This document shows positions 21,643-35,698 of a stretch of 64,000 bases of DNA, in pieces. The stretch spans positions 124,001-188,000 of the forward strand of contig JBODTK010000159.1 of assembly GCA_050613775.1 (NCBI GenBank), given 5' to 3'. Source of the DNA: Neocallimastix sp. 'constans'. Its lineage: Eukaryota. A program made the translations under genes and the position numbers. Numbering within the stretch: position 1 is the stretch's first letter; every line of letters starts with the position of its first letter. The notes beneath the pieces are model-generated. The model had not been told where the DNA came from, did not search any database, and saw nothing but the letters and a program-made list of their open reading frames with translations.

Positions 21643-23707
21643 AAAATCTAACACATTAATAATAACACTAATTATAATAATAATTATATATATTAATCAT
21701 ATTAATATTAATAATTACCATTAAAATATTAACAGCATATGTAAAAGCTTTAAAAAAAAAATCATGTTCACTTGTACAGTTAGTTATTCTTTCTGATGTT
21801 TGTATTGATAATACACCTACATTTCTCGGTGAAACAACATCCCATAAGATATTTAATAATAATTCTATTGTTATGATGGCTGTAATTATGGAACTTAAAG
21901 AATAATCTGATAATCTAATACCAAAAATTTTTGATTTATAACTATTTAGAATATAATGTATTCGCCACACCTTTACCAAGTAGCATGATAATGCAACTGA
22001 TAATAATATATCCATGAAATAATGATTAAAGGTACATGATAATTTTGTGGGTATACTGATATTGAAAATTGGAAAATAAAATGAACATGTAATACCAAGA
22101 ATGAATAAAATACATATCATTGGAGATGATCTTTTGATTTGTGAATTTTTATTTTTATTAATAAGAATTAATATAATTAAGATTAATGCATATATATTTC
22201 CAATAAGGAAATAAGATATATCAATAATACCAACAACACTGTTATATTTTGTATAGACTAATGTTAAATAATTTTTCATTTCCTTTTTAAAATTTTTCGT
22301 AGTGTTTTTATCTTTTAGATAGGAAGAAATAAATTCAAACATTTCGTTATTACTTACACTTTCTCTATTGAATAATGTCTTCGTTAGTGAAATCGGATTT
22401 ATTTTTTTCAATAAATTACAAGGAATATTTTTATTTTCACATAAAATTGTATTTTCATATTCAATGAAATTAAATGTTGGTGTTAAATTTAAGATTTGAG
22501 CTCTCTGAATTTGAGCATTTTCTGACGATAAAATATTTATAACGTCAGAAACTATTTTTTTCCTATTATCATCTATTTGCCTATTTCCAACTAAAACATA
22601 ACTATTATAAGTTGAATATTTTCCTGGAAGAAGCGTTACATCATAATAACTATAGTTCATATTATCACCATTTTGCTGAGCGGATTCATTTAGTAAATAT
22701 TGATATATTCTATAGTCATCTGAATTTCCAATGTAAAAAATTGAATCTCTCTTGTATGAAAATTCATCTTCTGGTTCAAAACATTTTTCATTTATATAAT
22801 TTTTTTCAATATAACTTTTTATTTTTTTAATCCATGACTCAGATTTTTCACTATAAAAAATTTCACGAGAGGAAACACAATTATTAAAATTAAAATATTT
22901 ATTATTAGTTCTATAGTCAATAGAACATTTATTATATATTGTTGAATTAGCAAATAAACCTTCAAGATATAAACTAGTAATTTTTTCTTTGTTATCTAAT
23001 GATACTTTTATACCTTCAACATTTGAATTATTAATGCTATTAAAAATAGCTGTTATAATTCTTTCTATATCATCCCATGTTATATTTTCATTGACTATTT
23101 CTTTTGCGATATTATTTACATAATAAGTATTATAAAATAAAAAATGATAGGAAGCACAAAAAGGTAAAGCATAATATACATCATTAAGTTTACAGTCGTC
23201 TAATATATTACTATCAAAATGGCCAGTACCAAGATCATAGTCAAGAGGTATTATATTAGAAAATATAAAATCATTACTTTTTTTATTTTTATTTTTATTA
23301 CTTCTTTTTTCATTTTTATTTTTTTTGTTATTATTATAATTCAAAACGATTTTTTTATAAGTTTCATAATCACTATATAAATTATTTAAATCAATTAAGA
23401 AGAAATCATAATTTTTATCATTTAATTCTTTTTTTACTTCATATTCAATATAATTTTGATAATTTTTACTTTCAGAAAATGTAATGTCTATTGTATATTC
23501 TTTATTAAATTTTTTTTTATTCCAATTTTCTTCAAAATTAGTTTTTATGTTATCTTTAATTAATTTTAATTGATTATTATCATTTGTAAATATATTATAA
23601 AAATAACCTTTAATTACATTATCTGCTTTTACATATTCTAGTATTAAATTATATAATAAAAATAATGATAATATATTCTTTAATTGAAATTGTTTTAATA
23701 TGACCAT
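20641..23707 (-). CDS. Class C (7tm_3)-like GPCR with an N-terminal periplasmic solute-binding-protein-like ectodomain, 936 aa
   Basis: Exon 1 23707-21719, exon 2 21462-20641, in frame. Signal peptide, YYALPF..SYHFLFYN (SBP motif), 7 hydrophobic helices with RSSPMICILFILG, PTKLSC, KVWRI, RKATDYYDEY, LPK; Asn/His-rich tail. The ORF track start at 23731 is TTG; the ATG is at 23707. Confidence 0.85.
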
Positions 23708-23818
23708 TTTATGCTCATAATTTAATTTCAAAAATTATTATTATTAATATTTGTTTTATATAGAAATATTAATATATTAATAATTAAAAGAGGTTATCTA
23801 TATATTTAAAAATACTTT

Positions 23819-23855
<37 letters not shown>

Positions 23856-25063
23856 TATTTTTTTAGTATTTATAAATGTTTTGTCATATTTATATATATA
23901 TAATAAATAATGAATAATGTAATTTTAAAATTATTTTTATATTATATTACTATTAAAAAAAAAAAAAAGTTGAACAAAAATTATATGTAATTATAATAAA
24001 TATATTTTATTAAAAGAAAAAAAAAAATTATAAATTAAAACTTTATTTAATATATATAATTAACTTAAATATAATTAATTGTTGTAATATGTGCCATTTT
24101 ATTTTAATATATTTTTGATTTACATTAAAAAATAAATATGATTAAAAATTGTTTTTATTAAAATAAATAATATTAAAGTTATTATATTTCTAATTTATTG
24201 GTTAACTTTTTTTTTTTTTTAAGAAAAATAAAAAATAAAATAAAAGTTGAAATAAAAATAAAAAATAAAATAAAATAAAATAAAATAATATAAATAGTTG
24301 AAATATAAATAAGAAAATACAGATTGAATAAAATAAAATAAAATAAAATAAAATAAAATAAAATAAAAGATATATATCATATTTTTATTTATAATTATTT
24401 GAATAATAAATTTCCATTTTAGATTTGTTGGATAATAAAAGGGATAATGTAATTCAAGTAAATTAATAAAATTAATTAACTATTTAGAATTTTTATTATT
24501 TTTATCCTTTATTTATTAATCCTTGTAGAAAAGAACCATTTTACATTTATAATAAATAATGAAAAAAAAACAAAATAAAAATAAAAATAAATAACTTTTT
24601 CTAATTAGAAAAAATAGAAAAAAAAAAAAAAAAAACATCATTTTAGTAAAAATAAAATTATTGAATATTTTTTTTAAAAAAATAATATATATATATATAT
24701 GATAATATAAAATATAAGCTAAAAATAAATAAATAAATAAATAAATAATAGAATTTAACAGGATTATGAATTATGAAGAAAATGATCCGTTTTTTCTTTT
24801 TAGAACATTTCTAAAATTGTGTATTTTATATTATTAATTATATTTAAAAGAAAAAAAAAATTTTTTTTTTCTTTTATTCTATTTCATTTTATTTTCATAT
24901 GTAATAAAATATTATAATATGATTAAATAATTAAATATAAATTATATTTATATAAGATATATAATATTGGTAATTATAAAATCAACAAAAAAAATATTTA
25001 TAAATAAATAACATAACAAAATAAAATATAAAAATTAATTTTTATTATTTAATATTAAGGATT

Positions 25064-25094
<31 letters not shown>

Positions 25095-25733
25095 GTTTTT
25101 TTATCTTTGAAGTGTTAAAACGTTTTAATCTCTTAAATTCTTTTAATTGTGGATATAGGAAATAAATGAAAGGATTAATAAATATTTATTTTATTTTATT
25201 TTGTATTTAATTAATTAATTATTTATTTATTAATTAAATTTAATTAGCTATTAATATGAACTTTTAATAATTAATCTTAATAATTATAAATAATAGTTTT
25301 ATGTCGTACAAGAAATTCAAAATTATATTATTTTTAATATAACAATAATTACAATAATGAATCTTTCCAAATTATTGAAATTTTTAATTGCTGATCAAAC
25401 TTTAAAAAAAAAATAAATTTTATTAAATTTTAATTTTTTTTTTTTTTATTTTATTTTATTTTATTTTATTTTCTATCTTTATTATTTTTTTTTCTATATT
25501 TATTATAATTATTTATAATCATTATATTATTATTATTATCAAATGACATATTTATATCATATTTAAATGTATTATTAATTTTAATTATATATTTGATTTT
25601 TTTTTATTTTTTTTTCTATAATTTTAATGAATATGATTTAGATTTAATATTTAATATTTAATATATAATATAAATTGATATTAACTTGGTAATATACATA
25701 ATACTATAACTAATATTATAAAGTCCGTATTTA

Positions 25734-25805
25734 TAATATTTTAATCTATATATTTTTTCTTCTTTTTTTTTTAGAAGAAGAAAAAATATATAGATTAAAA
25801 TATTA
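25734..25805. repeat. Perfect 30-bp inverted repeat with a 12-bp spacer
   Basis: TAATATTTTAATCTATATATTTTTTCTTCT (25734-25763) versus AGAAGAAAAAATATATAGATTAAAATATTA (25776-25805). Confidence 0.85.
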
Positions 25806-26410
25806 AAAGTAGTATTAAATAATGTTTTGGTAAATTTTAATTAATTTAAAGTTAGTTTTGTTTGAAATTTTTACAATTTACTGAAAATTGTATAATAATT
25901 TTTTTAATGATTCAAAATAATTATCAGTCAGTTAAAACATAAATCACCGTAGACATCCCAGTATAATACCAAATACTTAAGTAGAGTTTAATATATATTT
26001 TGTATAAAAATCTTTAAAAAGTTTTTTTTTTTAAAAAAATTATCATATTTATTTATTTATTTATTTATTTTTTGTTTTAATTATTTTAAATATATATTAA
26101 TAATTTAAATCCCATCAGTATGCATTTTGTAATTATTTATTATTCATAATAAAAAAATTTTGTTTAATTAAAAAAAAATAATATTTAATAGTATTCTATT
26201 CTATTCTAAAAATTAACTATATAGAAATACTCATATAATTAATTGTACTATCTAATATATTATTAAACAATGAATTAATATAATTAATATGCTATTTTAT
26301 TAAAATAAAATATAGATAAATATATCATCATCATATTTCAATTTAAAATAAACTAAAAAAAAAAAAAATAGATATATAATATATTATATTATATAAATAT
26401 TATATAAATA

Positions 26411-26447
<37 letters not shown>

Positions 26448-27949
26448 TAAACTTTATTTTATTTAATTTATTTTTAATAAATAAATAAATAAAAAATTTT
26501 TTTTCTATTACAAAGATAAAAATTAATAAAAAAGTTTTTAATATTAAATAAATTAATTATTTAAATAAATAAAAAGAATAAATAAAAAATTTTTTCTATA
26601 AAAAATAAAAATTTGTACAAAATTATTAATTTAAACATAAATTTGACACTATTTGACATAATAATTTTTTTTTTTTTTTTTTTTTTTTTTTGATTTATTC
26701 AATATTAAATATTATATTAAAAACTTTATTTTTATTTTATTTTATTTTTATTTTTATTTTTATTTTTTGATACTTTTTAAATCCAAAAATAAAAAAAAAA
26801 AAAAAATTCTAAATATATTTAGACGGTCATTTTTTTTTGGAAGAAGAATGTAAGAGTATATGATGATGTAATGATTTTTGTTAAAGTTTATTTTTTAATT
26901 ATTTAATACTTTTTTCATAAAAAATAAATAAATATATATATTTTTATATATATTTTTATATTTATATAAATTTTATTATCTCATATTATATTAACTATAA
27001 ATTGTTGATTAATTGATGTCAAATATATAATTATGATTGATATAGATATAAAATTATATATTATATCATTCATACAAATATATGTGATATATATTTCGTT
27101 TATTAATAATGATTTTAATTTTAATTTTTTTTTTTTTTTAATTTCAATATTTATTTTTAATATAAAATTATTGAATATAAAATAAATTTAATATCAGTTT
27201 ATTTTCTTTATCATAATGAAAATATATAGCAAGAGTAATAACAATAGCAATAATAATAGCAAAAGCAAAAGTAACAATAATAAAAATAACTAATATTAGA
27301 AATATTAATATTAAAGTATTAATAGTTATTAGTAATAGACATTATTAATGCTTTCCTATATATAAATATTCTATTAATAATAAAACAAAATAAAAAAAAA
27401 TAAAAAAAAAAAAAACCGATAACATATAAACTTATAAAAGAATCCAAATATTTATATATATATATATATATATTTTTTTTTATTATACTTTATATAATGT
27501 ATATAATGTATCTATAAAAATTTAATTATTAATTGAATCTTTTTTTTTATTTATTATTTAATTTTCATTATAATTTCAAATAAAATTACCCCGAACTTTA
27601 ATTATTTTTATTAATTAAAATATATATATATAATAAATATAAAGTAAAAAAATAAAAATAAAAATAATAAAAATAAAAATAAAATAAAATGGGACAAAAA
27701 TTTAATGAGAATAGAAAAAAGAATTTTTTTTTTTTTTGACATTAATATTGAATAAATAATAAACACCTTGTCTTTTTATTTTATTTTATTTTTTTTTTTT
27801 TTTTAATAAAAAAATTTATATTATTTATATTATTATTATTATTATTATCTTATGAAGATTTATAATATGTTTTTTTTTTTTTAAAGATTGTATTTAAAAT
27901 TTTAAAAATCAATATAAGAGATAATATTATTCTTCATATCTTTTATTGA

Positions 27950-28733
27950 GCTCAGTAAGGATTTTAATCTGAAATTTTAAAAATATGGTAAAACTATTAT
28001 TAAATTTTTATAGATGTATTCAAAAATTTTAAATTAGTATTATCATTATTAATCTATTAATAATGAAATTAGAAGTTAAAAATTTGATTTTCTACTTTGT
28101 GGGATGAAGCTATTAAATATTCTGAACATTTTTTTAATGTATGTTGTACAATTAAAATCCACTAGGTACAAGGCACATCTTTTTTTTTTTTTTCATTCCT
28201 CAAATCCTTCAGATAAACAAATTGAGGGGGAACAGCACTTATAACATCAATTTAGTCAATCCAATTATCATAATAGATTTGAAATGAGTGAAAAAAAAAA
28301 AAAAAAAAAAAACAGAATAAAATTAATCCTGATGATAATACTTTAATACAGGTTTAATGGATGAATATCATAATGATAATATGTTAGATAATAATTCAGT
28401 AAAAGAAAAAAATTAATATAGATAATATTAATGAAAATTATACTAATAAAGATTATATTAATGAAGAACAAAAAATTTCAAAAATAATGCTAATAATGAA
28501 ATCCAGAATTACAAAAAATAATAAATTGAAATGAAATCAGATCAAAAATTAGATGAAAATCTAAAAGAATTACTCAAAAAAAAAAAAAAAAAAAAATTCA
28601 AATATTGAAAAAAGTATAAAATTGTCATCAAATGAAAGCCATATCAATATTCTATATGTAAATAGCAAAATTAATGAAAATAATCATATTTTTAATAGAA
28701 ATAGCGATAATAATATCAAAGGAATAAAAATCA

Positions 28734-28766
<33 letters not shown>

Positions 28767-29330
28767 TTATTTTGAACAAAAATTTGAAAAAAAAAAAAAA
28801 AAAGTTTTTTTTAATAAAAATTTGAATAAAAAGTAAAAGTTTCAAATCTTAATAATTATATAATTTTATTTAAATTAAACTTTAATAATTATAAAATTAT
28901 AAATCAGAAACCTTGTCGAAATAAGATTAAAAAACAACCATAAAAACCTGGTTAATAGGAAAGGATGTAAAAAAATTAAATTTAGAAAATAATGAAAATA
29001 TATGAAAACAAAAATATTAAAATTAAAAAACTTTAATTCTGAAAATGAATCTAAAGACAACTTTTAGTGATATGGAAATTTTTCTAGATAAAAAAAAAAA
29101 AAAATTTAAGGAAAAACTAAAGAAAAGGATAAAAAAAAAAATTTTTTTTAATATTAAATGAGAATAATAAAACTATAATAGAACTATTAATAAACAAATA
29201 AATAAAAATGACCAAAGTGTTTGAATGCTAATCTACTTTTGAGAAATGGACCACATTGTAATTTCGATAAATGTAGGGTTAATTGAGGTTACACTAAATA
29301 TTTTTCATTTTAATTTAAAGGATATTGTTT
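27950..29330 (+). mobile_element. Highly degenerate Ty1/copia-like pol relic (integrase end, N/K-rich linker, start of RT)
   Basis: LWDEAIKYSEH at about 28098-28130 (copia LWxEA motif), a KAH/FFIPQ fragment, a long broken Asn/Lys/Glu-rich linker, and a trace resembling RLVARGYTQ at about 29275-29298. Many stops; no LTRs seen. Confidence 0.45.
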
Positions 29331-29331
29331 G

Positions 29332-29360
<29 letters not shown>

Positions 29361-29366
<6 letters not shown>

Positions 29367-29636
29367 TTCAATTAGAAAAATTCTATTATTAATGATAATT
29401 GATAAATTCAATAATAATAATAATAAAGGTCATTGTTTAAAAAAAAAAAAAAAAAAAATGGTAGATTTAATTATACAAATTTAATTATACAAATTTAATT
29501 ATATATGGATTAAATTATATATTAATTTTTTTTATCTTTTTTTTTTTTTTTTTTTTTTTTAAACAATGACCTTTATTATTATTATTGAATTTATGAATTA
29601 TCATTAATAATAGAATTTTTTTAATTGAAATATTTT
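29361..29636. repeat. Near-perfect inverted repeat of about 80 bp
   Basis: 29361-29440 versus 29559-29636: two substitutions and one AAT unit of difference; both arms are extended by A/T tracts. Confidence 0.85.
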
Positions 29637-29751
29637 TTTTTTTTTTTTAAAAAAAAAAAAAATTAACCAAATTGATATTTTTATATTTTTTTTTAAAAAA
29701 AAAAAAAAAAAAAAAGAAAAAAAAATTCAATTTTATTAATTTTTTTTAAAA

Positions 29752-29803
<52 letters not shown>

Positions 29804-30082
29804 AGGAAAATACATCATATAATATATTAAGATGGTATAATTAACAATAATTTTAATTTTTAATTTTTAATTTTAATTTTAATATTTTCTAAAATATTGT
29901 GGAAAGATGAAATGAAAAAAAAAAAAAAATTTTTTTTTTTTTTTTTAAAAAAATTGCATAGGAAAGAAAAAAAAAAATTTTTTTTTCTATATTCAAGGAT
30001 CTATATTATTTGTAATCTCAATAAACCAAAAAAAAAAAAAAAAAATATCCTTGAAAATATTCCCACCAGTTTAGTTAGAGAG

Positions 30083-30260
30083 TTTTTTTTTTTTTAGGTG
30101 TGTACAACTCCCCCTCCTTTATTTTCAGTCCTACTCCTCCTCCTCCTCCTCAAAGGCATGGGAATATTGAGATTGTGTCATAATACTTCTCTAGGCTTTC
30201 GCAAAGGTGGTGGATATTGTCCCTGATGGACATAGAAATTGACAAAGAGTATATATTTAA
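30083..30260 (-). mobile_element. Poly(A)-tailed GC-rich module, family B copy 1
   Basis: On + strand: T-tract then TGTGTAC..CCTCA..GGGAATATTGAG..TTTCGCA..GATATTG..CTG.TGGAC, collinear with 36668-36810. Confidence 0.6.
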
Positions 30261-31224
30261 AGAGTTAAGCGATGAATTAATATTAACTTGGCCTGATAAT
30301 GACAATGTTTGAAGTATTACCACTCTGATTTAAATTGTTATTGTTGCATTTTACAATGAAACGATACATATTGTTATTTTTTTTTTTTGGTAAGGGCTGA
30401 ATTCCTTTGAAAATTAATAGAACTAAGCATCTGATTAAAAGATAAATCATCATTACAAGATTTAAGTATTTTTTTTTTTTTTTTTTTGAAATAATCAAAA
30501 TGAGGATTATATCTTTCATTGAATGAATTCACCATCTACTACAATTGTTCTGTCATTTTTATAGAAATTTTCATTCATAATTATTAGTTAAATATACTTG
30601 TAAAGGTTAACTCTATTACTTGTTTCCTTTAGTTTATAATTAATTTATTTTATAATACTTAACTTTCTTTAGTTCATAATTAATTTATTTTATATTACTT
30701 AACTTTCTTTAGTTTATAGTTAAATTATTATAGACTTTATTAATTCGATGTATTTAGGTTTTCATTTTAAATAAATAAATAAAAACTATATATATTTTTT
30801 ATATATAAATTTTTTTTAAAAAAAAAAAAAAAAATTTATTATTTTGAAGTCATGGATTTAGATTACAAATAAGTATCTTTGAAAATGGTATATAATATGG
30901 TATGATATAAAGGTCGAATTATCTATTTTAATATTTGTATAGATATATATGTTTTATATGCAGTACAGACGATGATCTCTTTAAATATTCAAAATAAAAT
31001 ATAAGAAAGGTATTATATAGCATGAACAAAAGAAACTATTAAGTTTAGTTTGATAATTTATGATATAGTCATGAACGTCCACTATTTCATATTTAATATT
31101 AAAAATGCTAATGATAATTAATTTGTAATATAATTTAAATACTTTGATATATAAGTGTAGTTATACTAGTTATAATAAATGTCTCTTTCTTGTTAATATT
31201 AAAATATAATTCTTAATATTATTG

Positions 31225-31560
31225 TTATATCATAGTTTTCAAAGAATTTTTTAACTCCTGAATTGTATTTAAAATGGGTGTATTTTTATGACATTTAAAA
31301 CATTAGATAACTAACGTAGCTCCTTCATCACAACGACAAAGTTGTAAGCATCTAATATCTATATTTCTTGATTGACATACATTTTAAGGAATCGTCTAAC
31401 ATATCATCATCATCCTTTTTTTTTTTTTTTTTTGTATTTTCCAATAATTTAAATTCTTTTTGTTGTTCTCTTAATCTATCTTCTTCAAATATGTATTTGG
31501 GAGCTTTGATAATTTTTAAATACATTCATGATTATAATAATTATTTTTAAGGAACATTTT
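31225..31560 (-). pseudogene. Decayed TFIIS/Rpa12-type zinc-ribbon protein gene (virus-like architecture)
   Basis: IFEEDRLREQQKEFKLLENT...DDMLDDSLKC/CQSRNIDIRCLQLCRCDEGATLVI*CFKCHKN: a QxRxxDEGxT-like motif between two Cys pairs, with one frameshift and one stop; no introns seen. Confidence 0.6.
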
Positions 31561-31761
31561 AGGTATAATCAAAAATTTAATACTGGATAATTTACCCATC
31601 TCAACTAAAAAAAAAAAAAAAAAGATGAAAATTATATTATTATAAAAATTATGTCATGAATTGATTCAAAATTACATCAGACAAAAATTTCTTTTATGAA
31701 ATAGGATATGTATGATATAATCCAAATAATATTACCCTGTCTCAATATTTCAAAATGTAAT

Positions 31762-31799
<38 letters not shown>

Positions 31800-31800
<1 letters not shown>

Positions 31801-32281
31801 TTTTACTCAAAGAATATTAAATTTTCCTATCCAATAAACATTAATTTCCAATTATTTGATACCATACTCTGTTCATATGATTTATGTCCATATATACCTA
31901 CAGGTAAAGCAAATAAAATTGATAGGAAATCAAACCAACTTAACTTATATTAATAAATATTTATAATAGCATGGTTGAAAATGTCCATTTATAGTGGGGA
32001 GTGACCCCCATGCAGAAATCGTCGAATTTAAAAATTAGGAATGGTAGATGTACACTTCAAGTTAAAGTGATCATGAACTGTCTATACCTATTATAAGTAA
32101 ATTTTCATATCCATTGGGAATTGGAAAAAATAAAATTTCTACACTGAAAGTACCCTTAAAAATTAATTATAATAGATTGTTCGGAAAATACTATAGGAGG
32201 CATTTTAGCAGCATCAATAAAGTATTACCATTCTAATAACCGAAACGATGTAAAGTTAGATTTCAACCAGAAACGATATAT

Positions 32282-32322
<41 letters not shown>

Positions 32323-32900
32323 AGAGGAGTTTACTTCTGATGAGGAAGAACAAGTTAAAATAAATATATTAGCATTTTTCTGTAGATGACAAAAATCCGA
32401 AGTATTTCTATATGCCGTTAAAAATTACTGTATATATAATTATAATTCTAAATATCATGTTAAATGTTAAATACTTCAAAAAGGTATACTCTTCCTAATT
32501 ATTGCTATGATTATATAGCTATCGAATCTTCAAAATTATTTTATATTAAGGATAAATGGGTTCAAGGTAATATTTTCTTTGTATCAAAGATACAAATTAT
32601 TATTTGTTGACAATTTCGTCTTTAAGGAAAAGCAAGTTTCAATAAATAGGAGAGAATGAACTAACGGTTCTTATTGCTGAAAAAATCCCTTTTTGAAGAA
32701 TATATAATCGACATGCATATGTAAATATATTAATAATAATTATTGTTTAAAGGTTTCAATAGTTTATTTCACTATCTAGTTATTTCAGCTATTGTTTTAT
32801 TTATATTAATTTACTGTTGTTGTTTCCGCAACCCTAAATAGATGAATCATGGTTAACAGCATCGCATTAGTATAATAGAGCAAACAATAAAAAAAAAAAA
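31800..32900. pseudogene. Dense, intronless, degenerate coding-like sequence of unknown origin
   Basis: Long near-open frames with scattered stops and shifts: + strand IDCSENTIGGILAASIKYYHSNNRNDVKLDFNQKRYI and YTLPNYCYDYIAIESSKLFYIKDKWVQGNIFFVSK; - strand DFLSILFALPVGIYGHKSYEQ. Confidence 0.4.
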
Positions 32901-33256
32901 AAACATTAACTTATTAGTACAAATATTTTCAATAATATAATATATTCATACAAGCATTTTTTTAGGATACAGCTTGACACATTACTATCAATAATAAATT
33001 ATCACACTTTTCAATAAATTTTAAGTTTTAAAAATATTAAAATCTTATAGTTTGAGTTAAATTATCTATTGAGAATAAAAAATATATTAAAAAAATATAT
33101 ATATATATAATAGAGATATATTTATAAAAATATTAAATATTATAGTATTAAATATAATTTTTAATACTAATGATAATAATAATAGTATTAAAAATTATAT
33201 TTAATACTATTATTATTATCATTATTTTTATTTTATAATTGAAAAAAAAATAAAAA

Positions 33257-33295
<39 letters not shown>

Positions 33296-33834
33296 GACTC
33301 CTCATTCTTTCTAAAAAAATATTATTTAAACAATATTAATGCACATATATTTAATTCATAGTATATAAATTTTTTATTATTATTTTATTTATTATTAAAC
33401 ATTTAATAAAAATAAAATAAAAATTAAAATAAATAGTAATAGTAATATAATATAAATAGGTATAAGTATAAATTTAAAGTACAGACTGAATAAAATAAAA
33501 CTAATATAAAATAAATAAAAAAAGTATAATTGTAAAAAGCAGATTAAATTAAATAAAGTAAAATAGAATAAAGAATAAACAATTATTACAAAAAAAAAAA
33601 AAATGTTAAATGTATGGATTAAAACGATTTTTTTTATATCTTTTAAAAGATTTAATTACATAAGTAAAATATATATTAATATATATATTATTTATTTACT
33701 TCAATTTATTAATTTATTATATTTCTATTTATTTATTTATTTATTTATTTATTTTCTTTGTATTATATTAACTTCACTTTTTTATTCATTTTATTCTTTT
33801 TTTAATTTACTTATTTTTTTTTTTTTTTTTTTTT

Positions 33835-33867
<33 letters not shown>

Positions 33868-33921
33868 TTATTTAATTTGTTATATTATTTATTAATTTTT
33901 TATTTTTATTATTATTTTACT

Positions 33922-34436
33922 CTAATAAAAGTTATTATAATTAGCTCTAGTTGGTTGCATATCATAGCTCAAGTTATCACTCTTCTTTCTTCTTCCAAAT
34001 ATACAATAAAGAATAATACCAATAAGAATTAAAATACCACATCCAATAAGAATTTTTGTTAATAAGCTCATACTACTGAAAAAGCCTCCATTTCCTTTAT
34101 TAGTTCCATTGTTACAATTACATGATGAATTAGAATTTGAACTAGAATTTGAATTACAATTTGAATTGGAATTACTTTCAGAATAAGTACTGTAACCATT
34201 ATTCTTACGGGTAGCTTGTATTTCTTCATCAGTGCAAAGGGATGCTGTAGAAACACAAGAAGCACCTTCTTGATAACAAAGTTTAGTATTATCATAAGTA
34301 CAATTTCCAATACTATCAATTAATGGTACATAGCCTTGTAAATTTGTATTTTTTAATTGACTTTGTATATATATTAAATATTTTTTTTTTAATTCATAAT
34401 AATTTATGTAATACCATTAAAATAAAATATTAGGAG

Positions 34437-34468
<32 letters not shown>

Positions 34469-35698
34469 TACATATATATTAGTTATTTTTATTTTAGATA
34501 GAAAAATATAAAATTTTTTCATTTTAAATAAAATACTTTTTTTTTTTTTTTTTTTTTTATTAAAATACTTAAAAATACTTACAGAGTTGTTAATTTTTTT
34601 AATCCTTTGAAACTTTCTGGAATATATCCTTCGAGTAAATTAGAACTTAAATTTCTAATTATCATTTAATAATAATTTTTTTTAATCATATTAATATATA
34701 TAGTTAATATTTATTATTACAATTCGTTCTATAATGATATGATATATTTTCTATTAATTAATAATATATATTTACAAGAATTGTAATTGCTTTAAATTTC
34801 CAAATGAATCTGGAATTTTACCAGTGAATTGATTTAGAGCAAAATCTCTGTTTTATTTCAAAATTTATGTATAAAAGTTTATCAATTAATTTATTATTTC
34901 TAATACTTAATATTCTATCTTATTCATTACTACTAATTTTTTTTTCCTTGTAAATACATACAAATGAAAAATACCATCTATATTTCCTATTGAATCTGGA
35001 ATTTTTCCACTTAAATTATTATTTCTGAAACTAAATTTGGTTAAATAGGTTAATTCATCAATGTTTTCAGGAATTTCACCTGTTAACTGATTATCAGCTA
35101 AAGAACTTTATTTTATTTTTTTTTTTTTAAGAAAAAAAAAAAAATAAAATACCAATAATAATTATATAATTACATAATATATTAGATATATTGTTTTGAA
35201 CAATAATTAATAAAATTTTCATTTATTATTATTATTATTTTATTTACAGATAATTTAAGTATTTTAATTTTAGTATATCTGATGGAATTGGTCCACTGAA
35301 ATTTTTTGATCTTAATTTTCTTTTTAATTCAAAATATATTTTAAATTTTGATATATATATATATATTGTTCAAAAAAAAAAATAAATATAATTTTAATTT
35401 AATACATAGTTATTTATTTATTAATTTCATAATTAAAATGTTTTTAAAATTATTACAATTCAGCAATACGAGAATATCCATGATGAGGATCACAAACAAT
35501 ATTTTTTTCATCACAGCAAGAACCAATTTCGTCATTCCAGGTAACTTGTGCTGCTTGGTTCCAATTTTGATATAAAGTTTTTAAAACAGCACAATCATTA
35601 GCATAATAAGGATCATCTTGATTTTGTGCTGAAACAAATGAAATTGTACTCTGTAATATAGAAACTGTAGAAATTAATTTAAAAAATATTGATTTCAT
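33922..35698 (-). CDS. Single-pass LRR receptor-like protein with plant-type LRRs
   Basis: Exons 35698-35457, 35319-35248, 35105-34962, 34847-34776, 34654-34583, 34360-33922. Signal peptide, Cys cap, six LRRs (NFSGPIP, NQLTGEIP, NNLSGKIP, NQFTGKIP, NLLEGYIP, TNLQGYVP), Cys-rich cap, Ser/Asn stalk, TM helix ILIGCGILILIGIILYCIF, RRKK, short tail. Confidence 0.9.

Noticed and set aside
23708..23731. ORF-track start for the minus-strand GPCR
   Set aside because: It is a TTG; the ATG at 23707 has a good context and begins the signal peptide.
30215..30245. Hammerhead-like CTGATGG...GAAA
   Set aside because: The core should be CTGATGA with a stem II before GAAA; the pairing does not fit and the homolog at 36795 lacks it.
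31975..32100. APE endonuclease motifs (IVGSDPHA, SDH)
   Set aside because: Spacing is too short and no other APE motifs are present.
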